Source of the DNA: Phoronis australis
Lineage: Eukaryota; Animalia; Phoronida
Direction of reading: 5' to 3'
Length of the DNA stretch: 64,000 nucleotides
Assembly (NCBI GenBank): GCA_002633005.1
Contig: NMRA01000833.1
Coordinates: forward strand, 1-64,000
In this document: positions 35,380-50,300 of the stretch, piece by piece
Position numbering within the stretch: position 1 is the stretch's first letter
Layout: each line of letters starts with the position of its first letter
Position numbers and translations under genes: made by a program
The notes under the pieces: generated by a model
Seen by the model: the letters and a program-made list of their open reading frames with translations, nothing else
The model's database searches: none
Told to the model about the DNA's origin: nothing

Positions 35380-38300
35380 GTATGTATTTCTAATGAATTA
35401 TAAAATGCTGCGTTTTTCTGAAATCGATGAGTCTACCTGTAGGTGCAATACAACGTGTACTTCATTTTCATGAATTACCACTGACCTATTTAATTCTTGG
35501 GTGATCGTCAAAATGCCTTGCATACTGTCAAGTATACATGTAGGCCTAGTATGTTCATCCACAGTTTGAGAAATACCTAACAAGTCGTCTGGACTAGTTT
35601 CTAGCAGTCTAGCCGATTACAACCTGACTCGTGACTCGTCATGAAAATACCGTAAATCAGTTATGGAACTTTGTACAAAACCTTAAAACAACATAATTGC
35701 GCGTGCGTGGATGGCTTTCATTTCAATTAATGGTTGATGACCACTTGGTAAGTCTACGTTTAAGCTCACTCGTCAGGTATACTTTGCTTGTGTTAGGTCC
35801 CATCGGAAACGGCCGAGTGATGCAAACCTTAGCCAACACATTGGGCATCTCTTCGTATTGCTCATTATGTACAGAATACTAGCAAAAGCGATAAACAAAC
35901 AGCGTGTTAAGCATCACACATTGTTTTTAATAGATAATTAACGAAACCTATTTAACAACTCAACACACGTGTCTTTAAAATGGTTACATGTCATCATAAC
36001 TGCTGCGGCAACTTTAACAAGCAATATGCCAATGCAGTGTATGGAGAATTTATGTTACGACTTCATAGTTTCCCGTGTTATTTTAACCGAGAAGACTTTT
36101 ATTTCAACAGTCTTTACATGCACCTGCTTAGCTGATACACGTGCATTGCCCAGTATGATAGCTTTAGTGGCATTAGAGAGTCGAATCGGTTACGAAATTA
36201 TAATTTGAAAAACCAGAATATGGACTGAAGATGCTGTTCCAACTGTACCTGCAAATGACGCCATTATTGGCATGTTCTTGACCAAAGTTTCCCATTTCCA
36301 CCTAACCCCGTCATTAAGATACGCTCGGGATTTCTGAAAACGAGTGACACGGCCTACAACTGTGTTACACTGTTCTTATTGTTAAAGATATTAACGAGTG
36401 CATAGACCCCAACCTCAACAACTGTGACCCCGACAGAGGAACATGCACCAACAGCGATGGAAGTTACACCTGCGGTTGTAAACAAGGATACGTTATTCAA
36501 CCTGACAGATTATGCAGACCCGGTGAGAACATCTTTAATTTCGTACGTAATGATTAGGTTACAGTTCTTAAAAAGAATTTTTAATGACATGGTCTTGCAA
36601 GGACAGCGCTGCAGTGCGGTAGTGCTTTATTGAAAATGTTGTAATTGATAGTAGAGTGGTGACGGCAATGTGACAGCGGTCTGGACTGACACTGTGGTGC
36701 TGTATGGTGATTTTGAGGCTTTTTAATGGTGCTGTAGTGGGGATATGTTTCGGTAGTGGTGATATTGATGTTGTGAATGTGGTGGGGGAGGGGGTAATGA
36801 ATACCTTCCAATTTTCCGACAGTCCGTTAGTATGAAAATCCATTATTCCGAAAGTTTTGTAGTCTGAAATTCATTTGTCGGTAAGATTTCCATTTCTACG
36901 ATTGCCCTTTGGTACGAAATTCCATTCACCGATAAATGAACCATGCGCCAGACGACCCATTTCGTGCTAGTACAAGGTGTGCTGTCGGATCGATACACCT
37001 TGTACCAGACGTGCGCAGGCCGCGCATCTGGGCCCATTACACTGACCACATGGAACCATTTTAACCTTTATAAATACAAAGTTAAAACCGAGCTGAGGAG
37101 CTAGAAACTGACTCAAGGGTTAGCAGTGTGACGAGGGGTGCATCCAGGATTTTGTGTTAGTTAGAGGGGGCCAGGGCAGAGTATTAGCCAGGATTTTGCC
37201 GTCAGACAATCGCACCCACGAACTGCCAAATGGAATCTGGTAGAATTTCGGGGGGGCGTGTCCCCCTTGGCACCCCTCTAAATGCGCCACTGGTGATCCA
37301 GTGGGACTCGAACCCACGACCTCGAGTAAAGAAAGCAGGCACCTATCAAACTAAGTCACACTACCTCCTCAATTGGGATGTAAACTGTCACCGTACAGTG
37401 TCGCCGCGAAATGTATGGTCGTCTAAATGGTGATGTGCTGATGGTGAAGGTCGGGGGCGACGATAGAATTTTGTTGTCATCGTGGGAGGGTTGTGAGCTA
37501 TGTTGAAACCGTGGCGATGAGAATGCAGTGATAAGTATGTGGTGTTGCGATGGATGATGGTGGTGGTGAAAATACTTTGTTGAGAGTGAGCTGTTGATGG
37601 TGGTAGCGGCGGCGATGATGGTGATGTGACGGCAGGGATCTCGGTATGCCGAAGATGATGTACAGGTAATGGGCGTGCTGAGTTGTGATACGGTGTGGCC
37701 AGTATGGTTGGATGAGTTAAAAGTGTGACGGAGAAAGTGCTGCGGTGGTGACAAGCGGGGAGCTTGTTGATGTCAGACGAAATCATTATGGCATCATAAG
37801 TATTTAACTAATGGAGGCCTCATCAAAACCGGAAATTACTGCCATTCTATTCATATCTACAGTACAACTACATCAATTTAGCTTATCGCCACGGGTTACG
37901 ATCTCCGAGCCAGGGTTTTACTGAGCGTCCTCAATCTTGGATTAAAAGCGCTTTTAGAGACTCGGCAAGATCTTGCAGCTCGTTATCAGTCTACCTCAGC
38001 AAATAGCTTTTGATATTGCATTCATCAACAGTCTTATAAACCCGGCTCACAAATCCCGCTAACCAACCACCAAACACGACAAAAACTCAGAAAACTCGAC
38101 TTAACCACTCAAAACAAAGCTACGGACAACAAGTTTCACTATCCAACGTTATGGTAGTTGGCTGGTCACGAACTACGAGCATTTGTTGGTCGATATATAC
38201 ATTGTACTACGTAGAATTGGACAATCATTCACAGCATAGCCCCTAATGCCAATGCGAGAAGTTTTAAAAACAATTCCTAGTTGTTAGGAACAATGTGTAA

Positions 38301-41300
38301 AACTTTTATCTGAAAGTTTTAAGGGAATGCAATGAGCCATTTCTGAGGTAAGATGTACCAAATAGGATAACATTAAGGTTAACTAAGGTGCACTTTTTGT
38401 AAATAACTTTTGGATATGCAGATGGTGGAAAATGCACGGGAACAAACGACTGTCACGCGTGGGCGAACTGCTTCAACTCAACAATCGGCATCATGTGTGT
38501 TTGCAGAGCGGGATATCAAGGTGACGGACGAAACTGTACAGGTAAATACTTTACTTAAGTGGTAAAGCAGATTTCCTCTTGTGCATCAACACTTAATGTT
38601 CCATCAGATGAAGCTTATCCTTGAAAATGTATAGTATCACTAAATGTTCCATCAGATGAAGCTTTTCCTTGAACATGTACATTATCACTAAATGTTCAAC
38701 CAGGCAAAGCTTACCGCTGAGCACCAAGAACGCTTTTTATTCTATGGTCTTGTTCGTGATGTTCGAGAATCGAGTGCCGACAGACAAGGTATCGCACATT
38801 TTGTCAGCGCGCGTCACTCAACTAGGCTTTTTCAGAGCAAGTGGATAGCACTATGGAATCTTAACCAATAAGACTTCTCGTCAGTTAATTAACGTAAATC
38901 AATGTTACAATCTCTGAAATATGAGAACAAGGTTACGGCTACGAAAAAAAATACATCGACGCATTACACACAAGTCTGCTATGCATGTCTCACTTACATG
39001 TAAAAGATCCCATGCTATCTCATGAACCAAACAACAAAATCCCAAATACTTTCAGGGCCGTTAATTAGCGACAAATGTACAAATCAGACGTCCACACACG
39101 CCGCGACATGATGAAACACACCTTGTCGCTGTACATTTATGACGATATAGTAGTGGGTGGACAGCCGAAACAGTTTTGTATTGGGAAATTTCACGCACTG
39201 GGATTTTTCGATGTTAATTGTACATTGTTTGCCAATGTTAGGCTTCGAATTTAATCACAAGTGTAATTTACCCCTAAAATCACCGAAAGCGATTATTAGG
39301 CAGAGTTGGTCTACAAATGTGTCTTGTGCCGACACAAATGCATACTCGTCACTAACCTTCCTGAATCATAGGTTTTATGAGCATCAGATTGATTGGAGAT
39401 TTACATGAGCGGCCAATTTGTGCGCAACACCGCGAATTAGTCGGTACAAGTCTTTAAATTGGCTGGAATTAAGCGAACCCTAAAACGTGTCGCATGTTCA
39501 TCCACCGTTGAACAAGCGGCGAGTGTTTTCCCGCACCCAGCTTTCGAATTGGGTGGGCTCGAACTCCCGACGTTGTGGACCTTTTGCCAACAAAAGAGCG
39601 GGCGGACTAAAAAAAAAAGAAACGGGAGCACCTCTGTGAATTGCGCGATTGCGCTTATTTAGTGGACATTTCTCCCATTTTCTCGGACTTTTCGTCTCTC
39701 GGATGCGGACTTTTTTGCCCACTTTGCCAATTGAGGGGGGGGGGCTCGTTCGAGCATGATATAAGTTGTTACTATATCGGATTTTCTTCAATTAACAGAC
39801 GTCAATGAGTGTCTGAGTCCGACGCGTTGTGATCCAAAGGCCCAATGCATCAACACGCTAGGTGGATTCAAATGTATTTGCAATCCTGGTTACACAGGCC
39901 TTGGTAGAGAGTGTTTAGGTAAGGAGTTTACACATGCACTGGTAGAGAGTGTTTAGGTAAGGAGTTTACACATGTACTGGTGGAGAGTGTTTAGGTAAGG
40001 AGTTTACATATGCACTGGTAGAGAGTGTTTAGGTAAGGAGTTTACACATGTACTGGTAGAGAGTGTTTAGGTAAGGAGTTTACACATGTACTGGTAGAGA
40101 GTGTTTAGGTAAGGAGTTTACACATGCACTGGTAGAGAGTGTTCAGGTAAGGAGTTTACACATGCACTGGTAGAGAGTGTTCAGGTAAGAAGTTTACACA
40201 TGCACTGGTAGAGAGTGTTTAGGTAAGGAGTTTACACATGCACTGGTAGAGAGTGTTCAGGTAAGGAGTTTACACATGCAATGGTAGAGAGTTTGTAGAT
40301 AAGGAATTTGCCATGTACATGTAATAACGAAATTGAATATTTCCGTTTAAACAATATCACAATATCTCAGGGACCTGTTTAGCGACAGAGGGAATCGTTC
40401 CATTCTCAAACTATCATGCAGGATACAAGACAAGTTCATTTCCTGCCAGCAGATGCCGGTTAGAAAGTTCATCTCATCATAGAACATATGAGAGTGCTAT
40501 GACCTCTCAAATCATTGCTAAAACGAAAATTAACTTTTTATACTTGGCAATGTAATGTGGTGAGTGTTCAATTAGTGGAAATACTTTTACTTCAAATAGC
40601 GGAAGCAGCAACAACAGTAGTTGTCCTTTCTATTGTTAGTGTAAATTTGCTTGTAGTAAAACGAGTCAGATAATTTTCAGATGTCGCTTTTGCATCGTCT
40701 TACTAGAATATATATGCAAATTTCCACGGTTTTAGTGATTTCCGAGTCGGTATCAGCGTGGAAATATAAAGATGGAGACGACTTTAGCCACTTCTTTTCA
40801 GTACTTGGATTATTTTTGAAATTTTCAGAAGTATTGAATGAAAATGGTCAATGCTATAACTTATTCCGTGAACAATTTAGGGAAGTAAGACGTCTAGTGA
40901 GGTAAATAGTTATAAGAACAAAAGTTGACGTTTTCAAACCGGCGAGATCTTGTCAATTCACAAACGTGTTATTTTTACAAATTTAACGTACAAAAATAGT
41001 AACTATGATATTTTGCTTTGATATGACTTGAAGGCTGTAAGGGATGCATTCAGAGCTACGAATATAGACTATATATCGAAGCAACACTGTGCTGGCTCAA
41101 ATTGACACAACTTCTGTATTGAGTCAATTTGGGTCAGCAATGCTGAACGAGCGTGTCTATGTAAAATTGTGTAGTAACCTGTTACAACTTGTACGTGTTT
41201 GTGAGTGACGCAGCGTAGGAGGTGAACCAATCAAATTTGTCTCCTCAAAGGTTCGCTTAGTTGTGTTTTCCACTTATCAACAATTCGTATATTTCGCAGT

Positions 41301-44300
41301 AAACCAAGTTCTATTTTAATTAAGATATTGACGAGTGCCAAGACGACAACAGTTGCCACGCTTATGCAGACTGCATTAATACTCCTGGGAACTTCACGTG
41401 CAAGTGCAAAAGTGGTTTCATTGGCGATGAAACAAGATGTGAAGGTAATATAATTTACGTAACTCCATCACATGTCAATCCGAAGACACGCTGGGGTTGT
41501 AAATTGCTACTATTGCTACATATTAGTGTCATTTCTATTCAAGATTTTTACTGATTATTCCAGACATCGACGAGTGTAGGGACCCCGGCATCAACAAATG
41601 TGACCAACATAAAGGAACGTGTACCAACACTATGGGGTCTTTCAAATGTGGCTGTGTTCCGGGTTACGCACTGAAAGCCAATAACAAGTGCATAATGGGT
41701 AAGGGAGAGAAAAAGCAGAGTGTCTCGTTCCGTAAAGTAAAATACGAGTCAGAGCTATTGAAATCACGTGCTTTGTAGCACATGAGGAATTCGGTGATCT
41801 CGCCGTACTTTACAAAAACAGCCTGGAGGAATGAACACAAACGTCTAAATCAGGGGGAAAATCTGGGTGGTTTAGGAGTTTCTTACAATTATAGTTGAGC
41901 ATCAATTTTTTCGCAAGTTACTGTTTTTAGCCAGTTCAATACATTTAAACACTCATACATCATATTGAGAAGAAAAAAATCCCACTGGCTGAAAATCATG
42001 AACAACGTACCAGGGTATCTAGGTATATGTTTGTTAAGCAAATCAACAAGTCCACCAAAGGGTGGTCTGCTTAAATTAACATATATCTGTCCTTCGTACA
42101 AATTAGTTTAAGTACTTAAGTATTGTGTTAGATTTTGAAATTCCTATTTCAAAATTCCAGTTTGACATCATTAGCTGTCTGAGAATGACGTCAAGGCATT
42201 CCGGGAGTTTCTGCTGATAAGCCAATGGGCATGCAATCGGAAAATGAAAATATAAGGTGTTTTACTTACATAAAATAAACGCCCGTTCGTTAATTCGGAA
42301 AAGAGAGCCGTGTAAACGGAAAGTCGTAGCTTTGGCTAAGCAAATGCCATCATTAAGAGCGATATGTATTTTTGTAAGTGAAACAGCCCTTCAGGGTTCG
42401 CCAACACTTTGTTAGTTTTTATAGATGATAAATGCTCCGCAAAACTGATTCTGTGACCAAAAGTTGGACTTCTAAGAAGAAATTTCCCGAATAAACTCCA
42501 CACTATCTAGGCATTTGTCAGCAGAATTTTTACCACCAAATAAACGCCAAGTGCATTTATTCGGCAAAATGTTTCTAAATAAATGCCCATGGGCGTGTCA
42601 TCGAGTGGGCTTCAAATCTGCGGAAAATCCCGGTAATGTTACGGATATAGATGTTCAATTCGCCTTTGCTTGTCGTTATATTAAAAATTAATGCACATCG
42701 AATTTGTATTAACATATTGCAGAAATGGAGAAATCCTGTGAAATGGGAGGGAGCATGTGCCCGGAAAATGCATTTTGCGACATCATGTTGAGAAAGTGCA
42801 GATGCAAAGCGGGTTATATGAAACATCAGTACAAATGTGAAAGTAGGTTGCAGGTCTGTTAGTGTGATTGTCAGTGACGTGTATGATGTACCTCAAACAT
42901 GGATTCAGCCTATTGTTGCATGTACTGATTATGATTATATGGAGGAATGCCTTGAATGCAAATAGCGGAGTTGCAAGGCCGCCATATTGGAAATGGGTCA
43001 GAATGTTGCACTGTGGTTAAGCCGGTAAACAAGTACGTCGGCAAGCGTGGGGTCGCACCGGCCACAAGGAGGTTATACTTGTTGTGTGCCTGGCATGCTA
43101 TAATACCAGTTAACGAAATAAAGAATTTAGTTACTACCTGTTTCCCATGCAAGGATCAAGAACTGCGTTGAACATGGGTCAAAGACATCGGTAGAGGTGG
43201 TAGCAAAGGCCGTCGACTTAGTGAATTCTTTCCGACTTCGTAGAATAAAGTATGCAGCGTTCATTTTGAGGGCGGCAAAAAATATCTTGGAAAATGTCCA
43301 ACAATATCTCCCTTCAAAGAAACAGTAACAAATACTCCACGGCGGTTGGTAATGAAAATAAAAAGTTGTTTTCGCTTGACCAGAACCAAGCCAACATGAG
43401 CAATTCTGAGGATAATGCCTCTGCACAATCATCTGTTATGCCTGGGTCAACTCACTTTAAGTACGCACACTTTCTTCACAATTGGTTGTTTCATTTTTTC
43501 AGAAAATTGTGCTGTAATCCCAGGGCGAAATCTTGCTGACAAATGCGTAGCTGCCGGTCTCGCAATCGTCGATAGGGCTTGAATTCTTGAATAAGAATAC
43601 AGCTTCAATTCAACAAATTACCTGAAATCCTCCTCAAGGTTTCCGAATAGCGTCTTTAAGATTTTCAAGTTCTTGTGGAGTCTGGATTAACTTCAGATTA
43701 AGTCCAAATGTGCTTGATTGTAGCCCGCAACACGAGAAAAATCTCTGGAGGAACAAACATGATGTTGTCACGTGACGTTTGTTTTGAAGTTTGTATGCGT
43801 GTGTGTGAGAGTAAGCGTGCGTGTGCTTGTCATCAGAGTTCCTTTGCCATAGTAAATGCGATGTAATGATCTAGGTGTGCATTGTATCCAAAGAAATTAA
43901 CTCAAGCAGTCAAGCAGAGCGTGTTTTAATATTTAACTTAGCACTTGCTGGCCTCATCTGCTAAAAAACGTTCGAGAATTTTTTCGGTAAGACCGATATG
44001 TCACTCATTGAATCCCCGGGTGAGTAGGTGCGTGACCATAGTGTAACAGCTATTTTCGGGAAGATTTGGGGTGTAAGGGTGCGAATCTATTCACTATCAG
44101 TGGGTCATTTTGACTTTAAAAACAATTATGATTAGTTAAATTATTTCTCTTAAAAATAATGCAAAATTTTTTACGGTATTAGAAACTTTCGGAAATTAGT
44201 GCCAATATTTATTTCTTGCCGGTGTTATGTTACCCGTTTCATGAATAGATAGTTCCCGACTAAATGTCTTCGAAGACAGCCGGTACATTCTGCAGCGCGC

Positions 44301-47300
44301 GCATCTTGGCCGCGTGCTAACACTGGTCGAGTTATTTTATTAGTCTTCGATTCACGGTTTTCACGTCTACAAAGAAGTTTGGATTCCTGTTGCGGCCGGA
44401 GAAGATCTGTACCGGCAAGATACAATGCAATCCCGCCAACAAGTACGCTGCGTCTGTTTTCAAAGTCCAAACCCGCGTAGTGGGGCACATCCCTCACAAA
44501 AGAAGCAAAACTTCTGCGTTCTTTTTGAATCGCGGCGTAAGTTTAAAGTGTATACGGACATAACGGTGAGGCTCGTGGTCAAATTCGGGACTGTCTGATT
44601 TTTCGATTGATAAATTGGAGACGTTAGAACTGTAGGTAAGGCATTTTTCGCATGTAGTTCATGGGCTGGGGGCTTACTTTAGAAAAGTCTGAAAACGCGT
44701 TAGGGCACTTATTGGGGCATGGGCGCTTATTAGGGCGGATTGCGGCAGAATTACATACAGCAGCGTAGTTTAGTGCACACAAATCACACGTCGTGCAAAT
44801 GATTCCATGTACCCTAATCAATCTCAATAGCCTTTGCGCACCCAAATTTCCGGATATGCGCAATCGTTAAATCGATTCGGTTGCAACTCCGGTATTATCA
44901 TATCCCTATGTAGCTCTCAAACGTTTCGATTACAGTTGAAGACTCGGCTGGCGTGACTTAACCCTTTGGTTGAGTTAATTGCCTGTCGTGGGGAAACCCG
45001 CCCGTCTAAGCGGAAACTCCATATCCACGTTGTGGCAGTGAGAAAGTTTTGGTCTCGTTTCTGGTTTTGTCATTCAAACAAGCACTAGCTGTATCTGCAG
45101 GCGGCAGCACAAGTTTTGGATCAAATCATTAAATGCCCGTTTACAGAAAAATGTCGATACATTGCTGGTGATTAATTTTTTTGTGAAATTTGTTAGCGAA
45201 ATACAATGATCAGGAAACGATTATATTAACGATGGTTCCCGTTCCCGGTGCCCCGACCCCCATCAGGGTTGAACAAAAATGTATCTTTGGGGAATGTGAT
45301 TGATCCCCTATCGTGACATTCTAAATCCGACACTGTTTTCTCGTCACAGAAAAACGTCAGAAAAAAATGTCTCACCGTTTCATCTATTGACGGAAATTAC
45401 ATGTAACACTTCCTGGTCACAAAATTCCGAAAATGTGCCACAACTTTGCTCTTCTACATTTTAGGTAAAGTAGTCGTTCCATGCGAGTCAGGAGGTCAGA
45501 AATGTCCAGAGAATGCAGTTTGTAATGGTGTGACCAAGGTGTGCGAATGTAAACAGGGATTTATTTTGATAAAGGGCAAGTGTGAAGGTAAGCATGGCCA
45601 TCACGTTCTGAAGCTGACGTACATGAACACGTGGTTTGGGTCTATATACAGTGATGTCATTAAAAGGGGCCTACACACGTGATTTGCGAGTAGAATGGGT
45701 AATTATACCCGAAAACGTTTTAACTGGCGTCAACCATGGGAGAAAGAATTCTGCAGTGTGCTCACAGTAATTTTGTTAGGAGACCTTTTTCCGCTGACAG
45801 ACCTTAAAAACGCGAAAAATCATAAGCAATCCTTTGAAACATTATGTGGCAAATCTGCCCCTTAGGTATGCTAACATGTGAGTTATTCACATTAAATATC
45901 ACAAGAATTTTTAGCAAAAATCGAGCCCGATTCACATTTTTTTAAACACAGACGAAACAAAGTCTCTCTCATCCCGATACAGTTTTTAAATTCACCACCC
46001 CTAATACATGTATTATACACGCTCCAAAACGAGGATCACTACGATTGCTCCGTTAAAAGGCTAATCGGCAAAACTTGTTCGAACGGCGATAGAAAAAAAA
46101 ACGGATATTCAACTGTCTTTTTCACAATTCTTAAGACGTTGAGATTCATAAGCTTTAGGTCGATGCCATACGCCGCGAGTTGACCTACCTTTTGGGGAAT
46201 ACAGAAAACAATATAACGTTTAGCCGTATTGTACTCGGCTGATTCAATGCTTGTGACTTAAAGGAGAATGCCTCCCGATTTAATTAGTCTTTTTTACCGT
46301 TTTAATCGGTCTATATTCACATCGCCTCTTATACAGTCGACCTCACCTTTTTGAGAGGAGTCGCGTTAACCAGTGAGGAAGGTGAGAAACGACGCAGCGA
46401 CGTCAGTGGTTCGTCCGCAAAGTGAATGCTGCTATATCGCGGTGCATCGTTCCGATTGTCCGAACTATGAAGCTGCGAAGAAAGCGGGTGTATCGTTTTT
46501 TCACCTTCCTCGAGAGCCCGAAATGCTTAGGAAGTGGCTCGCGGTAATGAAGAATGAAAGGTAGGCTGTAAATAGCAAGTATGAGGCCGTGAAACACCTC
46601 CGTGTCTGTGGCCGGCATTTCGTCGATAGTGATTTCTCTGACAAAATACGGCTTACCAAAGAAATATCCACACGTTCCGTCGCCTGTGCATGTTCACGGT
46701 GCCTCTCTAGTATTCCATTATCAGTGTACTCCGGTACGAACTGATAGCCTGTGAAACCTAACGATCCTACCCGTGAAGTTTTCGTCGCCTGAGCTCTTGA
46801 CTAAGTCGGGATTGGCATGGGGCGATTTGCCATGTAGACGTTTATTATTCTGCGTTCTGTTTCAAAATGAATTATTCTCATCCTAACCGATTCTTTTATA
46901 AAACTGAAACAAATTCTGTCTCATTAGATACATTTTGTAATGCCTTGGAGTTCTCGTGAGTGCAATTGTTTTGAGAAGCCAGCAGTGAATAAACCACTGC
47001 ATTACCGGCCTTTAATGCCAGCAACAAAGGTAATGGACCGGGCATCAAGTGGCAGGAATGTGCATCATATTTTGTGCAACAAAAACACCTTTTTTAAAAA
47101 AAAATGTGCAAGTGTAGACGTGGGAACTTTTTGGAATTTGATTTATAGGTATATTATCTAGCCACATAGAAAAAACTAGGTTGCCCCCCCAAAGTACTCA
47201 CAAGGATGAACGCTATGAGATCTTGCCCACCGACTAGAGGCCGTGTGAGCGCATGGTAATTCAGTGTTTGCTGACAGATAACTGTTGTGAAACAATTAGA

Positions 47301-50300
47301 ACTACTCGATTTTAGATGCTATGGTCACAAGTTTGGGTAATCTTTATTTAGAAATACAAATACATTATTCAAATCATTGTTACTGTACAACCTTTGCCCT
47401 GATGGGAACGAGAACCCGACTTCGCGGCCCCCGACAAGTAAGTAGATTTTCAGTTTCGTGAAATAATTCGCTTAATATTAAATGGTTCGTGCACATTATT
47501 TTTTGGCTCACTGATATAGTCTTTTCGTGACTGCAGGAGGTTTAGTTTCCTACTCAAGCTGGTTTATGTTCGTGCCAGTCCGTGACGGGCCTGATCGGGT
47601 TCCGAGCCACTGGCCGGGATAACAAGCGATTTGTGTGTTTAGAACTAAAAAAATCACTAGTATAAACAACACAGATCTAGGTTCTACTGTCTGTGTTTCA
47701 CGAAAAAATACTTCAAATTTATCTCCGAACAGACCCCCTGCTACGGACCTTGAAAAATTGGCCCGGCTGCCGAACTTTGTAGGCTACGGTGTGTCCAGAT
47801 ACCAGTAAATCCGTAACAGCGAAATAAAATACGTTTTTATTAGAACTCGGTGTATTTTTAAGGGTTTTGCATCGAAGTTTTATGATTTATTGGTGTTAAA
47901 CGCTGAATGCAAGCGATAGTCTGACACCACTAACCCGTGTTGGGAACTACTGAACAGACTGCGTGTGAAACCAATTACGTCGATTGGATGATTCCAACAA
48001 CTCCGTCTGCCGTCAGGTGTCAGGTAACGCAACCGAACATGCCGTTATCGAGTAGAACTACTCGATCTAAATTGATACAAAATAGGTTGTTTTTTGGGTG
48101 GCATTCTCCTTAAATGACAGGAGTACATGGTTTTCGTGTGGCTGAGATTTTGGGAGAACAATTTAATACCTATGTAAATCTAATGATTTAATTTTAGTGT
48201 GGTTATCTGACCTTTTTATTTCCGTTCATCTATGCCCATTCCCTGAAATGTTTTAGATACGAGCACAGTGCCTTGCGAGTTTGGAGGTTCAATGTGCGTC
48301 GCCAACGCAGTTTGCAACTCCTTGAAGAAGCAATGCATATGCAATGCTGGATACATGAAACATCAGTTGAGATGCGACAGTAAGTAAGCATCCAGTTCAT
48401 ACAACAGAAAGCAATCCAACAGAACGTCATTTCCTTCTTAAGGAATAATGGCTCGTCACGAATTGCCGATTCATATGGTCTGACGGTTAAGTTAATTTAC
48501 AATCGGTCTCCTTGGCGTGATGTTCAAGGTTACTATGCCTGATTATTTATGGTAAGTAGATGTACATTAATTACTTTCAATCTGTCGTACAAGCACTTTA
48601 GATTGAGAGTATAAGAATTATGTCTCAATTCCCTACTAACATATTTTGTACCACTGAATGTTAGAGATAAATTTGGCGCCTTTCCTGGTAATGCGACCAT
48701 CAACCTAAACATCCGGTTTAGACGATTGTTTTCCTTTAGTTTTGCGACGTTGGAGTCAAACATTGGAGTCGTGAAATGGGAAAGAGGTAACCTTACTGCC
48801 TGGTTAAAGAACGTAGATGTTTGTGTCATGTTTAACTCAAAATAAGTCTGATTTTTTATAATTTGAAGTTGAATGTTACATATAGACCGAGTACAACTTG
48901 AGAACTGAGAAATCAGTAGCTGTCGTTTATACCTCCATCGGTAGTTACATGTACATACCACATTGTTAACTGTTGTATCGTAACACTCCATGAGCTTTTG
49001 ACTTCCATTTGAACTGTGAATAAAAGTCAACTCTTCTAGAAATTCACACAAGCAAGTTTTTACAGTACAAATTATATCACAATGCATGAATACACGGATT
49101 ACGTGAAGTCACGTCCTGGAATACTACAGTGGCATCCATGATTCTGTCGCCTTTAATTTGCAAGCTACGCGTTTGTAGAGCTCTTGTCCCATTGAAAACA
49201 CCTTGTAATTTCGTAGCCTCACTTTTCCCCTCGGGGTTCAAGTGTTATTATTGTCTGTGCGGGCTTAAGCCACACGGCGGATCATGCGACTTTTAAACTG
49301 GATAATGATATTCAGTATCACTTCAGTTTAAAAGCACGTGCGCAGGTAATGTTCACCACGGTGAGGTTTGAGGCTACGAAAGTACCCCGAAGTGTACCAG
49401 TTGGCACTCATTCACAACATCGAGAACACCATGGGCATTTCCGTAGCCTCATCGCACATTGTATCCCCTGGAGGTGTTTCATATTTGTGCGTGTGCGATA
49501 TTCAAGGAGGTTTATTCAAGAGACTATCATCGCGGTTTCACCATAGCAGATGCCAAAAGTTGTACGTGTTAGTCATTGTCAATCCTTAATCCGCCTTGTA
49601 ATGTACTGTCGATTGTTGCTTAAAGACACTATGTCTCATTACAATCGTGAATATTTAAATGTGTAGCGTGCGTCAGCTAGTGACTTCCTCAAGAACTGTG
49701 TTTACAACATACACTGTATATGTAATCAAGAAAAGAAAAAAAACAACTAAATTGAGGTTTTGAGGATAACGCCACAACTGATAAACAAGTGTGAACACAT
49801 AAACAACCCTAATAATTCCATATTAGCATGAAATCGTTATTTAATAATGAAATGATAAAAACTACGCCTTGCTTTATTAGGGTAACGACAATGGGTATTT
49901 CCAAGGATTCCCGTGTCGTCCTGCGAAATGTGGACGAGGAGTGTGTGCAAACATGACGCCAGTTCACTGTCTTTTTGCAGCTGCAGTCGTAATCTCAGTT
50001 GCCGCCATATTCAGAATCTAATGATACTTTGCATCTTCAAGCCTGTTGTCACGTGGTAATCCCGACACATTCACTTTATATGAATTGCTTTACCAAATAA
50101 AGGACACATACATGAAACACCTCCGTGGGAAAACTTGAGGTTACGCAAGTTGTCGAAGTCGTACACAATTGCTGCAGTGCCTTCCATTATTTTTAAATAT
50201 TAAAACATTGATAGTAGTTCACTGGTTCGGTACTCATTCTGGTGGCAGTGGATTTCTTGTGTTGCACAGTGATTTTCAGAGCACACGTCGACATTAAAAA

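Noticed and set aside
37356-37786. His/Thr/Pro-rich minus-strand ORFs (also 36568-36843)
   Set aside because: Degenerate TGG/TGA low-complexity intron DNA without splice or domain support
36388-41698. Naming the locus fibrillin, Notch or tenascin
   Set aside because: No TB, LNR, ankyrin or FN3 domains; only short cbEGF runs within a different module array
48533-49087. 184-aa minus-strand ORF
   Set aside because: No recognisable motif; antisense within a gene B intron; probably chance or decayed TE
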